From NCBI RefSeq assembly GCF_006345805.1, contig NC_042997.1:13144001-13208000 (forward strand): 64,000 nucleotides of DNA, in the 5' to 3' direction. This DNA is from Octopus sinensis (lineage: Eukaryota). Shown here piece by piece: positions 37,857 to 50,750 of the stretch. Within the stretch, counting starts at the first letter, position 1, and every line of letters starts with the position of its first letter. The notes below the pieces were generated by a model that worked only from the letters and a program-made list of their open reading frames with translations, had not been told where the DNA came from and searched no databases. The translations under genes were made by a program, and so were the position numbers.

Positions 37857-40800
37857 TAGTTTTATTTTTATAGTGTGCTTTCACTTCACTACCGAGCGCA
37901 GCTCTGTGTGCCTTGGGTATATGCTGTGATTTGTTGTGATGCTCTGATGGTTATTGTATGGAAAGTGTTCTGCGTAGGATGTGTGCAGTGCCTAGTAGTA
38001 CAATTTTCTGTATGTTATATGTGTTTGTAAGTCCTGGTGTTTTTGTTATGTATTTGTCTGAATATTTTTTTTATCATGCCTACTATGATAGGAATTGTTT
38101 CTGCTTTTAGATTCCACATTCTGGTTACCTCTATTTCCAGGTCTTTGTATTTTGAAAGTGTCTCCATTTCTTTCAGAGACACGTTGTCATCTGCCGGTAT
38201 TGATACATCAATTAGAAAGCATTTTTTTTCTTCATGATCTTTCACAACTATATCTGGTCTGTTGGCCTTAATTTCTCTATCTGTGTGTATCGGCATATCC
38301 CAGAGTATGGTTGCTTTCTCGTTTTCTGTGACCTTTTCTGGTGTGTGCCTATACCATCTTTTTTCTGTTGTTATTCCATAATGTTGGCATAGCTTCCAGT
38401 GTATGTAGGTTCCAACGCTGTCCTGTCTGTGAATATATTCCTTCTTAGCCATGACTGGACAGCCAGAGATAATATGATTTATTGTTTCTTGTCCATCTTC
38501 ACATATTCTGCAATTACTTGTTATATTTCTTTTCATTACATGTTTTTGGTAATTTCTGGTGGGGAGGCTTTGGTCTTGTGCTGCAATTAAAAATCCCTCT
38601 GTCTCTGCTTTGAGTCCTGAGCTTCTCAACTATTGTTGGGATTTTTCTTTGACTATTTCTTTTGCATTTAGTTTAGTCCAGTATTTACCAAGAAGGGGCT
38701 TTTCTTGCCATCGTTTTATCATGGTTCTTTGCTGTTCTAGTTTTAGTTTGGATTTCATTTGTTTTATAGCTTTTGTTGTTTCTTCATCTAATCTTCTTCT
38801 TCTTCATATTTGTTAGGTGGTATGATTTCTTGTTTGTATTTGTCAGCTTCCTTAATACTGAGAACATTACTGTGTTTTGCTCGTGTTTTGCCACTATTTG
38901 TATCGTTTTCCTTCCTTCTGAGTAGATATTTTTGCAGTCCTATGGTGGTTATTTTATAGTAGTTTTCCAGCTGTATAAGGCCTCTACCACCTTCTGTACG
39001 TTGTATATATAGTCTTTCTATGTCAGATTTTGGGTGATGCATCCTAGATCCTGTCATTATTTTTCTTGTTTTCCTATCTATTTTGGTCAGTTCATTTAGT
39101 GTCCAGTTAAGGATATTGTAGCTGTAACTTATAACTGGGACAGCTAAAGTGTTAATACCTATTATCTTGTGTTTAGCATTGAGCTCTGTTTTAGTATTGA
39201 TCTAACTCGTCTATAATATTCTTTTTTTATTTTCTCTTTCATTTTTGTGTGTTGTGTCTTATCTAGTTCATGGATTCTTAAGTATTTGTAAGTTTGGCTT
39301 TGGTCTAATTCTTTTAATTCATTGGTTTTATCTAGTGTGATGTTCCTACTCTTAACTAGTTTTCCTCTTTTGATGGTTACATTGGCGCATTTTTCTAATC
39401 CAAATTTCATATCTATTTCTTTGGTAAATCCATGAACTGTCTTTAATAGTGTTTCCAGCTGTTTGTCATTTGCAGCGTATAGTTTTAGGTCATCCATATA
39501 TAAAAGGTGGCTGATCGTTTTGCCGTAACATTTATATCCGCATCCAGTTCTATTTAGCATATCAGATAGAGGTGACAGTGCCAAGCAGAAAAGGAGTGGA
39601 GAGAGCGTGTCTCCCCGGCATATTCCTCTTCTAGTGGGGATGGCTTTGGTTTTCATGAGTCCCTCTTTTGTTTGGAGCTGTAGCACTGTTTGCCATTTAT
39701 TCATAATGTCCTATGAATTTTATAATTGTTGGTGCTACTTTGTTTATGGCTAGTGTTTCGAGGATCCATGTGTGGGGGATGCTATCAAACGCCTTTTTGT
39801 AGTCGATCCAGGCCATACGGAGGCCTTTCTTCTTTCTGTGGCTGTCTTCAGTTATGGCTTTATTAATCATTAGTTGATCTTTACAGCCATATGAGCCTTT
39901 GCGGCATCCTTTCTCCTCTTCTGGAAACAGGTTGTTTTCGTCCAGGTGCTTGTTCAACCTTTGCGATATCACTGCAGTGAATGCCTTGTACATTGTAGGG
40001 AGACAGGTAATTGGTCTGTAGTTTTCTGGTTTTTCTGTCTCATTTGATTTGGGAATTAAGATGGTTTTCCCCTTCGTGAGCCATTCAGGCATTGTCTCTG
40101 GCTCTGCCAGTATGTTAAAATTTTGAGGCAGCTTTTTGTGCATTCCTGTTAGATATTTCAACCAGAAGTTGGGGATCTTGTCATGCCCAGGTGCCTTCCA
40201 GTTGCTTTGTCTTTGCAGTGCCTGGGTGACCTCTTCAGTTGTTATTGGGGTCCAAAGTTGCTCAGATGCTGAGTTTGTTGTTTTAATACTCCTTTTTTTT
40301 GTTTGTTCGTTCGCCGACCATACTTTTCTCCAGAATTCTTCCAATTCTTCTGCCGTTGGAGCTACAGTGATTTCTATTTTATTTTTTCCCAGTTCTTGGT
40401 AGAACTTTCTGGGGTTGGAGTTGAACTTTTTGTTTTGTTCAAAGAAGAGCTGGCGTTTCTCGTACCGGCGGATCCTTTGTGCTTTGGCTAGGATATCTTG
40501 CTTTAGCTTTTCTTTTATCTCAGGTAAATATTTTTCTGTGATGTTGTATTTGCGGAGTATTTTTGTTTTCTTTTTGTTGCTCAGTAGCGTTGATTGTCTA
40601 CTGATTTCATTAAGAATCGACAGATCTTTTCTCATGTTTTGCATTTTGTTTTGGATGTTATTTATCCACAGGGTTTGTTTGGGTGGTGGTACTCCTGTTT
40701 GGACGGGTTTGAGTGAGTATCCAGCTTATTTTGTGGCTGCAGTGACTGCTGCGTATACTAAGTCATTTAGCTCAGTGATATCGCTTTTTGTTTCAGTGGC

Positions 40801-41918
40801 TATTAGTTCCGTGACGGCTAGGTTTATGCTGTTTATAATTGGTGTTGTTGTTTCGTCTATTTTGATTTTTGGGAGGTATGGTCGGTGGTCCATTTTGAGC
40901 TCTGTGGTTTTCAGTTCTTTGATTATTTTACTTTTTATAGTATCATAATCATTAGGCTCCCCTTCGTTGTTTCCAGGTTTTAGATTTGTGTCACTTTCTT
41001 TCTTATTTGTATGTTTGTTTTTCGTGTTTTGACTTGCTGTTTGTCGTGTATTATCATGCATCCTTACGGTCTGGGTTTGTTGTTTTTTGTTTACATCGTG
41101 TTTGTTGGGAATGTTGCGTTTGTCTTCGTGTTTTACAGTTTCAGTGTTTATATTATTGGGCATTGTTGTGTGGCTTCTATCTACATGTTCCTGATGTATT
41201 TTTTCTTTTAGATGTTCTATTTCTATTTCTGATATTCTTTTGCGTTGAGAATGTATCTTCTTACGTTAGCTAGTTCATTAGGGTTCATTGCTGTATCCAA
41301 GTCTATATTTATGTTATTTTCCTTCCATATTTTATATGTATGTGTTGTGTTTTTATTCTTTGGATAGAGCACTGCTGTAAAGTGAGCCTGTAGGATAGAA
41401 ATGTATTCCTCACGTGTCCATTTATGTCTTTTGGGTTTTATTTGCGGGACATGAGGAACAAAGTCCGGCCCATTATTTTGACGGTCGTCATTTTCGTAGG
41501 GTACCGGTCCGTTCATTTCTGTTGTCACATTGTTTTGCACGTGTAGTTTTTCGTACATTTTGTGTCGTAAGTTTAAAGTACGTACTTCCCGATTGTTATT
41601 CTTGGGTTGAATAATATCGGTGTTATTTAATTTCTTCGAAGTTCCTTTGTACATGGTGTTTAGTGTCTGGGATGATCTGGTGTTGATGGATCGTTATGTG
41701 CCACGCATGTTTACATGTGTTGTGTTAGAGGTGGAGATGATATCGAGTTTCGTTTCGAAAATAGTAATAAACGTTAACGAGTATTACTTACTCGGATATA
41801 GTCCAATCCTTTGTCAGTAAATTTTTGGCTCCATACGATATCTTTGTTTTCGATGTTTGTGGATAGATTTCGGAGCACTGTTTTATCGTTCTCACATCTT
41901 AAACGTCCCCGGTGTATC

Positions 41919-41920
<2 letters not shown>
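37854..41920 (-). mobile_element. Full-length but inactivated R4/Dong-clade LINE (about 4.07 kb)
   Basis: KWTREE N-terminal domain; RT (KAPGHDKIPNFW, YRPITCL, DYKKAFDS, QGD-like RGDTLSP, YMDDLKLY, YKYL); CRIC..HIISGC zinc knuckle; RLE RPDIVV..IDVSIP; (TAA)n on both sides. Confidence 0.95.
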
Positions 41921-42017
<97 letters not shown>

Positions 42018-42047
42018 CACCATCATCAACATCATCATCATCATTAT
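41921..42047. repeat. (TAT)n then (CAT)n array between two Dong elements
   Basis: Direct reading. Confidence 0.95.
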
Positions 42048-43361
42048 GTATTGCCTTTGCACAGCTTCTGATGTTGGAGATGTATTGCGGTGCCAGCTGA
42101 ACTAAGGTAACACTCCTTATTTTTCGAGCACCATTCGGAATATTCGAGCGGTTCCAAGCAGCGCTGTTTTCTGCAAGTGTTCCACCCTAATTGCAGCCCC
42201 TATTTGTTTATGTACTTCTCAAGATTTTTACTCACTGTTCTCAGGGCTCCGATAATTATTGTAGTGTATTTCTAAAGTTTGCAGATGTTTCTTAAGGTTG
42301 GGTGGTATTGAACCAAATGCTCCGATGACAATAGGTACAAACTTTGAATATGCCTCTCGTAGCTGTCACATCTTGGTGATCTCAATTCTCAGATCTCCAT
42401 ATTAATCGATCTTTCCTCTTTCTTTCATGATAATATTTTGATTATTATACACTCATGTTTGACCCTCAGAAAAGTTGCTATATCCGGCCTTTTGTGCTCT
42501 AACACCTTGTCTGTCTGCAAGTTTTGCCGTCCCTTTTCGTCAATTACATTTTCTGATATATGTTGGTACCTAGCTCACGTTACCTCGTATCCATACTTCC
42601 TGCATAGGAGCCAGTGAAGGTTCTGGGCTACCTTATCATGTCTGCGATTGTTCTCTTTTTGCGCAGGACTTTCACAAGCACTTACAATGTGAGTCAGGCC
42701 TACAACCCTCTTTCTACACATACTGCAGAGGTTCGTTGCACTTGTGTGATATATATCTCTTTTCACTGAGTTGGTATTCAATGCCTGACCTTGGGCAGCG
42801 ATGATTAGGTTTTTAGTCTTTTTTATGCCACCTTGCTGAGCCACCTCCATGATGCTTAATTCCATGCCGTGTCGAGTTTGTTCTCTATCTTTGACTATTC
42901 GTGAACAGAATTGATTAGCACTCTCAAATCCATTTTTGGTAAAGCCTTCAGCATTAGCAGCATACTAAAGCAGGTCTTGTTTTCTATTTGCCAAATATGC
43001 TGCCATGTTTCTTCTTTCACTTTTAATGAACTCCTGTACGCTAATCAGCCCACGTCTACCTTTAAACCTCTCCATGTAGAGCCTGTGTACGTTCGCCTTA
43101 GAGTGGAGGCGCCATGCAATAACATTGTCTTTCGGGTTGTGCTATCGAATTGGTCAATCTCTGCTAGTGTGCATTTGAAGATGGGTGCAGTAGAGCGGAC
43201 TATAGCAACAGCCTATATGTTGAGGGCAGTTACAAGGTTCCTTGAGTTGAGTTTTGATTTCAAGAGAAGTTTGAGGCGCTTGAAATATGCAGTCTTTCAT
43301 TGCCTTTCATTTTTCTGAGGAAAATATTGTCCAGCTCCGGGTACCCAAGGTACTTGTACCC
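42048..43361 (-). mobile_element. 5'-truncated R4/Dong-clade LINE of a different subfamily
   Basis: GYKYLG, IAAQGQALNT, CSMC..HIVSAC, RRHDKVA, KRPDI and terminal KTALLGTARIFRMVLEK*. Confidence 0.9.
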
Positions 43362-43411
43362 ATCATCATCGTTGTCGTCGTTGTCGTCATCATCATCATC
43401 ATCATCATCAT

Positions 43412-43860
43412 TATTGAGTGAGAGAGCAACGCATGCCATCAAAGTAACACTGGGGTAAAATATACGATGCTCAATGTACCCATCGTGACTACCCGTCTGA
43501 TAAGGGTACACCAGGCACACGCTTCATAAACATATGTGTGAGACATAGTGTTCTCATATCAAGATAAACAGCGCATGACCGTGCAGATGGGGCCCAGTCA
43601 GAATTTTCTTCAAGTCGAGTAACCTATCTCGCTCAAAAGGTCCCTGAATAAGAGTTGTTTAAGGATGTTGAACAAAACATACATGTTTTCAAAGGTGAAT
43701 TATACAAATTCCAAAGAATTCTTCTCAACACACTACTTCTGCTCGTGATCAGAGACGCACATATCATCAGCCACTAAGGGGACATCTTCAACTGGTTAAG
43801 GTCAAACAACTGACGAGTAAAGTTGTGGTATTGAGCAGAATATTTGCTCTAGCCCATCTT
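43412..43860 (-). mobile_element. Unclassified non-coding retroposon-like element ending in a (GAT)n tail (43362-43411)
   Basis: Non-coding block whose minus-strand end ...ctctcactcaataat runs into (GAT)n; 5' side near the (TAA)n array at 43893-43963. Confidence 0.45.
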
Positions 43861-43890
43861 TTATACCATGATAAAACAATGTACATAACA

Positions 43891-43965
<75 letters not shown>

Positions 43966-44118
43966 CCTACATGATATCGCGACAGCTCGGTTCAACCCGA
44001 TAAAACTGCTACTGAAATTTGTTAACCTGAGGCTGTAAATGATATAATGCAATAGGACCTTTTATAAGTCTACTCAAAAACGTTTCCCGTAAATGAACTT
44101 AGAGGATACACACACATA

Positions 44119-44171
<53 letters not shown>

Positions 44172-45464
44172 CACACACGCACATATAATATATATATATA
44201 TATGAATAATTAATGCAAATATTTGAAAATGAAGTCTTCTTTTTAAGTGCAAACTTTCAGTCAACATACAAATAATTCCGTTCAAATGTTCGATACGTCT
44301 TGTCTTTATTTTATATATTAACAAACTAGTAAACAGCGAAACAGACATATCAACTTCTTACCCCCTATGGATAGAAATTAATTCCGAATCTGCATATGAA
44401 GCACCCGTATTCTACAATAAGTCTTTTACAATTTGCCATTCGGTCATTAACAGATTCTCGGAAATAATTACATATATTTATTACACTTTGTATAAAAATA
44501 AAGATATTTTTATGAAGCCGATTCTCGCAGGAAGTTTCCATTTGGTAAATGAAACCTGAAACATTATATGTCTCAGATTTCTCTCTCGCTTCCAAAATAA
44601 TGACCTCTCGTTTATTGTTGTTGGCAAAACCATATTTCCTTTATTGAAACATTTGAAATTTCATTTCCCATTCGAAGCATTTCACATTCTTCATTGTTTC
44701 TCTTTCTTTCATAAAAGTAATCAGATTCCCCGAAGCATTATCTTAACTGTAGTTATTTGTAATTTCAAAACTGATGAAATGTAATTCTTCTTTCAAGATT
44801 ATTCATTTTCATAATCTTCATTGTTGTGCTTGCTTTCATTTAAATTATTTCATTGTTTCTTCTACAACACCGCCTTTCTAATGAACCTTTTATTGCGGTT
44901 TACAATTCCGCCGATTTTTTCAAATTTTATTATATGCTGGCAAACAGCTCATTTACAGATCTTTGTGTATTGAAAGGAATATTTTCTTTAACTGATATAT
45001 ATTTTTATACTGTAAATTATTGTTCTTTTTAAATTTCAAGCCAACAATGTGACTGTTATTTTATACATAATCCAATTGAAAAATCACTATTGTTCCACCT
45101 CATCAAAAATCCACCACATTACACTCCATTTCTATGTAATTATTCATGGGCTCCGATTTGCCGTATTTGACTTCTGAGAGGAAATATCCTTAGTTATTCC
45201 ATCAATCGCACATTAGTGAACATGCGAAGAAGATAAAAAGCGTGATATTTCCTCTCTTGTCATTTCCGCATTTTCCATTGTAGTTTCATTAGCGAAAAGG
45301 TTAAGTTCCCCCTTCATACACTGATAATAAAATTCTTCTAGATTTTTCAGCTATTCTATAATACAGCACACACTTTCTCACATACACACAAGAGTAAAGT
45401 ATATACACGTATTCAAAATGTAACATCTAAATCATAACTATCAGAACAATACTATATATACATA

Positions 45465-45519
<55 letters not shown>

Positions 45520-46918
45520 ACACACACACACACACCACACGCACGCACACACAGAGACATAGACACACACATACACACACACACATATATATATATATAT
45601 TATTGGTTTGAAAATGTTTCGTGAATCATGTCATAACTGCATAATGCGTCCATCAGACCATCCTGTAATGGAAAACGCCTTGATTACATTCAGAAGGTGA
45701 ATTATTAAAACGTTTACACCTCTCCCAGAGAAACAAAGCGTTTGGGAAGCGAGTGACAGTGCACAAGGTGAAAAATATACAAGTTTCTCACTGAATGAGT
45801 TCTTGTTTTTTTTTGTGTTTTTTAACAAGATTAAACGATAGAATGATGCAAATATATATGTACAGAGAAACGGGAAAGTAGAACGCAGATGAAAAAATAA
45901 TAAAAATTTAAGAGGTAAAGAACTATCTGTTAAAAAATATACGAATGAAAATTGAACTGTTCAGTCCTGAACAAAAGGAATTAAATTGGTGTTAAATTCA
46001 AACGTTATATTTTAAGGTGCACTACGATTATTCATGTATTTAGTACTGTGCAATTAGTAAAGTGCGATTATCTGCCTGTTATATTTTCAAGGTGATTCCG
46101 ACCAAGGCTTCAGGATACATGTTGAATTCTGTCTAAATTTTCCATGTATATCAGATTTCGAATTTAGATATGAAGCAGTTTGAATGTTTCAATATTGAAC
46201 ATTTCTTGATGCATAAATTACATATTATGATAACATTAGTGTCTTAATGTATTTTCCATCTAAAATTTTAAATGAAATCAATGTTTTTCCAAAACTATAA
46301 ATATATGGAATGCTTAGCTGTGTGTCACCTTTGATATAAGACGTAGTTAGACAGGTGGTGATCTGGAAAGGAAGGTTCCGTTCATAAGAAATGTATCGTA
46401 CTTTTTCAATGCCCAAGATATTCAAGAACCGGCTATTGCTACAGAAAGCTGTGGAAACCGTACAGTGCAGTACAATGGGACACTCAAAATACTGAGAATT
46501 AAGGGGAACAGACCGAACAAAAAGCTGAATAAAATTTACATTCCTCATGATTATAAGCGACTATATACATCATTGTCAATAAATAAGGCAATCGGCAAAC
46601 TGGGGTAGTCGTTGGTTCACTATCCACCATATAGATAATTCTGGCGTTCTCCGACTACCACGTACTGAGTCCTCTGAAAGAGTCAAATACTTGAGAGTAA
46701 AGATGAGATGAAAGTGACCCTAAAGAAATAGCTACACAGGTGCACACCTAAATGACATATATCAGATAATACAAAGATATCATGCCCACTTTTGCACTAC
46801 TTTCGATACAACAGCGTGTGGTGTTTGTGTGAGAAGGGGTGTATATGTGTATGTGTATACAAACTTACATACATGCATGCACTCACACACACACACAAAT
46901 ATATATATTTCTGTACAT

Positions 46919-47343
46919 GGCGCAGGAGTGGCTGTGTGGTAAGTAGCTTGCTTACCAACCACATGGTTCCGGGTTCAGTCCCACTGCGTGGCATCTTGGG
47001 CAAGTGTCTTCTGCTATAGCCCCGGGCCGACCAATGCCTTGTGAGTGGATTTGGTAGACGGAAACTGAAAGAAGCCTGTCGTATATATGTATATATATAT
47101 ATGTGTGTATGTATGTATGTGTTTGTGTGTCTGTGTTTGTCTTCCTAGCATTGCTTGACAACCGATGCTGGTGTGTTTACGTCCCCGTCACTTAGCGGTT
47201 CGGTAAAAGAGCCCGATAGAATAAGTACTGGGCTTACAAAAGAATAAGTCCCGGGGTCGAGTTACTCGATTAAAGGCGGTGCTCCAGCATGGCCGCGGTC
47301 ATATGACTGAAACAAGTAAAAGAGAAAAGAAAGAGTAAAGAGT
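46919..47343 (+). mobile_element. SINE family A, full length, young (tRNA head + CORE-like domain + microsatellite + AAAGAGT tail)
   Basis: A/B boxes (tggctgtgtggt, gggttcagtccc), ggcatcttgggcaagtgtctt CORE-like motif. Confidence 0.9.
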
Positions 47344-47518
47344 ATGTAATATTTGACAATTATTCGGTCGCCATGATAAAACTCCGAGTTTCAGATGCCG
47401 GGGTGGAAATCCACGCTGCCATCTCTTCATAACTGAAGAGATGGGTCGTGGATTTCCAACCAGGCATCCGAAACTCGGAGTTTTATCATGGCTACCAAAT
47501 AATTGTCACATATTACAT
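47344..47518. repeat. 175-nt foldback with 4-nt loop (MITE-like)
   Basis: 47344-47429 pairs with 47434-47518 at roughly 90 percent, loop taac. Confidence 0.9.
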
Positions 47519-47700
47519 TTACAGATAAATTCTTCTATTTGCATAATATCGAGGTCTTTTTCATTCTTTTGTTGTCTTACAATTTTTATCAATGCACACA
47601 CACATACACACAAACACACACACTCACACACACACACACACACACCCATATATATATATATAAGGGAGAGAGAGGGAGACAGAGACATATATATATATAT

Positions 47701-47929
47701 ACTCTCTTTACTCTTTTACTCTTTTACTTGTTTCAGTCATTTGACTGCGGCCATGCTGGAGCACCGCATTTGATCGAGCAACTCGACCCTGGGACTTATT
47801 CTTTTGTATGCCCAGTACTTATTCTATCGGTCTCTTTTGCCGAACCGCTAAGTAACGGGGACGTAAACACACTAGCATCGGTTGTCAAGCAATGCTAGGG
47901 GGACAAACACAGACACACAAACATACACG

Positions 47930-47963
<34 letters not shown>

Positions 47964-48134
47964 CATATATACGACGGGCTTCTTTCAGTTTCCGTCCACC
48001 AAATCCACTCACAAGGCATTGGTCGGCCCGGGGCTATAGCAGAAGACACTTGCCCAAGGTGCCACGCAGTGGGACTGAACCCGGAACCATGTGGTTGGTT
48101 AGCAAGCCACTTACCATACAGCCACTCCTGCGCC
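47701..48134 (-). mobile_element. SINE family A, full length, young, inserted in (TA)n
   Basis: Near-identical inverse of 46919-47343. Confidence 0.9.
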
Positions 48135-48139
48135 TATAT

Positions 48140-48510
48140 ATATTGTCCTACGTCCTGGTTTTGTTTTGTTGTTTATTTTTTATTTTTACCGTTATTGTTT
48201 TTACGTCTTTGTATTCTTATTGGTGTCACGTATTCTGTATTTTGTTCGTGTACTTCGTTCGTTTTCCGTCCTCGTGTTGTATACATTCGAAGCTTTCTTC
48301 CAGGGGATCTAATGCGCTTGGCTTAGATTTCCCTTGGCGGGCTGGCCATATCGGAGCAATCTCAAGATTAATCAGCCGAAATTGCTAAGATGATCTGGTT
48401 CTTGACTGATGACTGAGGGCTTCGAATGTCCCGTCCTGTGGTTCGTGTGTCGTCTCTGTGGTGTTTCATGCTCTTGTCCATGTCTGTAATTATTTTTACT
48501 GTTTACCTAT
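48140..48510 (+). mobile_element. Possible Penelope-like tail abutting (TA)n
   Basis: Same T-rich layout as other tails and CTGATGA at 48406, but no complete hammerhead. Confidence 0.3.
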
Positions 48511-48542
48511 ATATATATATATATAATATATATATATATATA

Positions 48543-48593
<51 letters not shown>

Positions 48594-48989
48594 ATATATA
48601 TATATACTTATATATGTATAAACACAAACACAAACAGATGCACGCACACATATATGCGCGTGTGTATATGTATGTATATATGTATGTATTATGACTGTAA
48701 GCAGCTATACTTATATATATATACGTATACTATAAATTCTCGTTCTTTTCATAGATGCGCGCCTGTATCTGAATGTGATTTACTTGGGGTTTTCATAGGT
48801 CTATTTCTTGAATACCTCGACTTATTAAATTATTTAATTTCTTTGTCTTTAATTTATGCAATAAATCAATGAATTCATTCTGCTCGTATTGCAAGTGAAT
48901 TGTGTTCATGAATTATGAACACCTTCTTTAAACAAATGTTTAAAATACTGAGGTGCTTATTCAGATTGCGATTAAAAAAGTTTCAGTTT

Positions 48990-49066
48990 GTCTGTGATAT
49001 ATATGTGTGCGTGTGTTTGTGTGTGTGTGTGTGTGTGTGTTTATGTGTGTGTATGTGTATATTTAT

Positions 49067-49115
<49 letters not shown>

Positions 49116-49227
49116 ATATATATATTTAGGTATTTTTATATATATATATATATATATACTCACATATCTGATACTTAAAATATATATATATGCATATATA
49201 TATACATATATATACATATACATATAT

Positions 49228-49264
<37 letters not shown>

Positions 49265-49392
49265 GCATATATAGATATATATATACCTATATATATGCAT
49301 TATATATATAAACACACTAATATCTCTTACTTAGAATATATATATATATGTGAGTGTAAATAGAAACATACATACATACATATATATACATG

Positions 49393-49443
<51 letters not shown>

Positions 49444-49560
49444 ATATGTATGTATGTATATATACATATGCACATATATACCTATACACATATACATACA
49501 CATATACACATACATAAAATACACACACGCAGATATTACCGCGCGCGCACACAATATTGT
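48990..49560. repeat. (TG)/(TA) microsatellite field
   Basis: Direct reading. Confidence 0.9.
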
Positions 49561-50299
49561 AGCATTTGTGTGTGCATATGTATGTGCGGATGTATTTGTG
49601 TATAGAATGTTGTGAAACTATATCCCTTTGAGAAATGCCACCTGCTCATGTGTACAGCGGAAAAATCAATTAAATTTATGTCATCGGGCTAATCTCTTCT
49701 CTCCTCCATCCACGCATTTTCTTTTTGCTGTCTTGTTCTCTCTTTCATTGTTTCGTTTTCCTTGCTTATTATCTATGAGTTTAACAGCCCATCATACTCC
49801 ATCACTATCATAGATCGTTTACTCATTTCCACCTCTCCTTTCTGTCTCTCTCTTCCTCTCACTCACCCCCATCCTCTCTCTCTCTCTCTCTCAACTCTGC
49901 TTTGCTTCTGAATATTTCTCCCTTTCCTTGTCTATGTATATTTGTTTTGCTGGCTATGTCTGCCTCTCTCTCTGTCTGGCTCTGCCACTTCCACTCAGTC
50001 TTTGTCTCAACCCTTCTCTCTCTCTCTTCTCCTCCTCCTCCACTCTCGCTCTCTATCTATCTCTCTATCTCTCTCTTCCTCACTCGCTCGCACTCTCTTC
50101 TTCCCTCTCTCGCTCTCACCGCCACTCTTTCCCTGTCGGCTGATGCCGTCACATTCAACAAAGAATCCGAAGAAATATAGTTTCCGTGTAAAGTTAGTAA
50201 CAGAGAGAAAGAACAAAATGAAACTAAAAGAAAATATTCTGAATTTACCCACGGCATAACTGTTTTCATTTGCTCATAATTCTAGCGTACAAAACTCTC

Positions 50300-50661
50300 T
50301 TGGTAATATACATACATGGATACATACATACATACATACATCCATACACACATACATACATGCATACATATATACATACATACATACATATATACATCCA
50401 TACATACATACATATATGCATATATACATACATACATACATACATACATTTACATATACGTATATATACGCGCACACATGCACATATAAATGTGTATATA
50501 TATGTACATATGTTTCATATCTATGGATACATATGCTATATATGGGTATATATATATGTATGTATATATATATATATAATATATATATATATATAGATAT
50601 ATATATATATATATATATAGATATAGATATATGTATATATATATATATATGTATATATATG

Positions 50662-50722
<61 letters not shown>

Positions 50723-50750
50723 TATATATACATGTGTGTGTATGCACGTA
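50300..50750. repeat. (CATA)/(TA) microsatellite field
   Basis: Direct reading. Confidence 0.9.

Noticed and set aside
41775-41825. Minus-strand CUGACAA-A-GGAU...AUCC-GAG in the Dong 5' region
   Set aside because: Both core segments deviate and a competing cgagta/tactcg hairpin forms; insufficient
44365-44595. ORF with SGFIYQ..SC and RLIVE resembling a GIY-YIG end
   Set aside because: Key YIG and catalytic residues absent; similarity too weak
48400-48440. CTGATGA about 100 nt upstream of (TA)n
   Set aside because: No GAAA after a closable stem II and no stem I; not counted as a hammerhead
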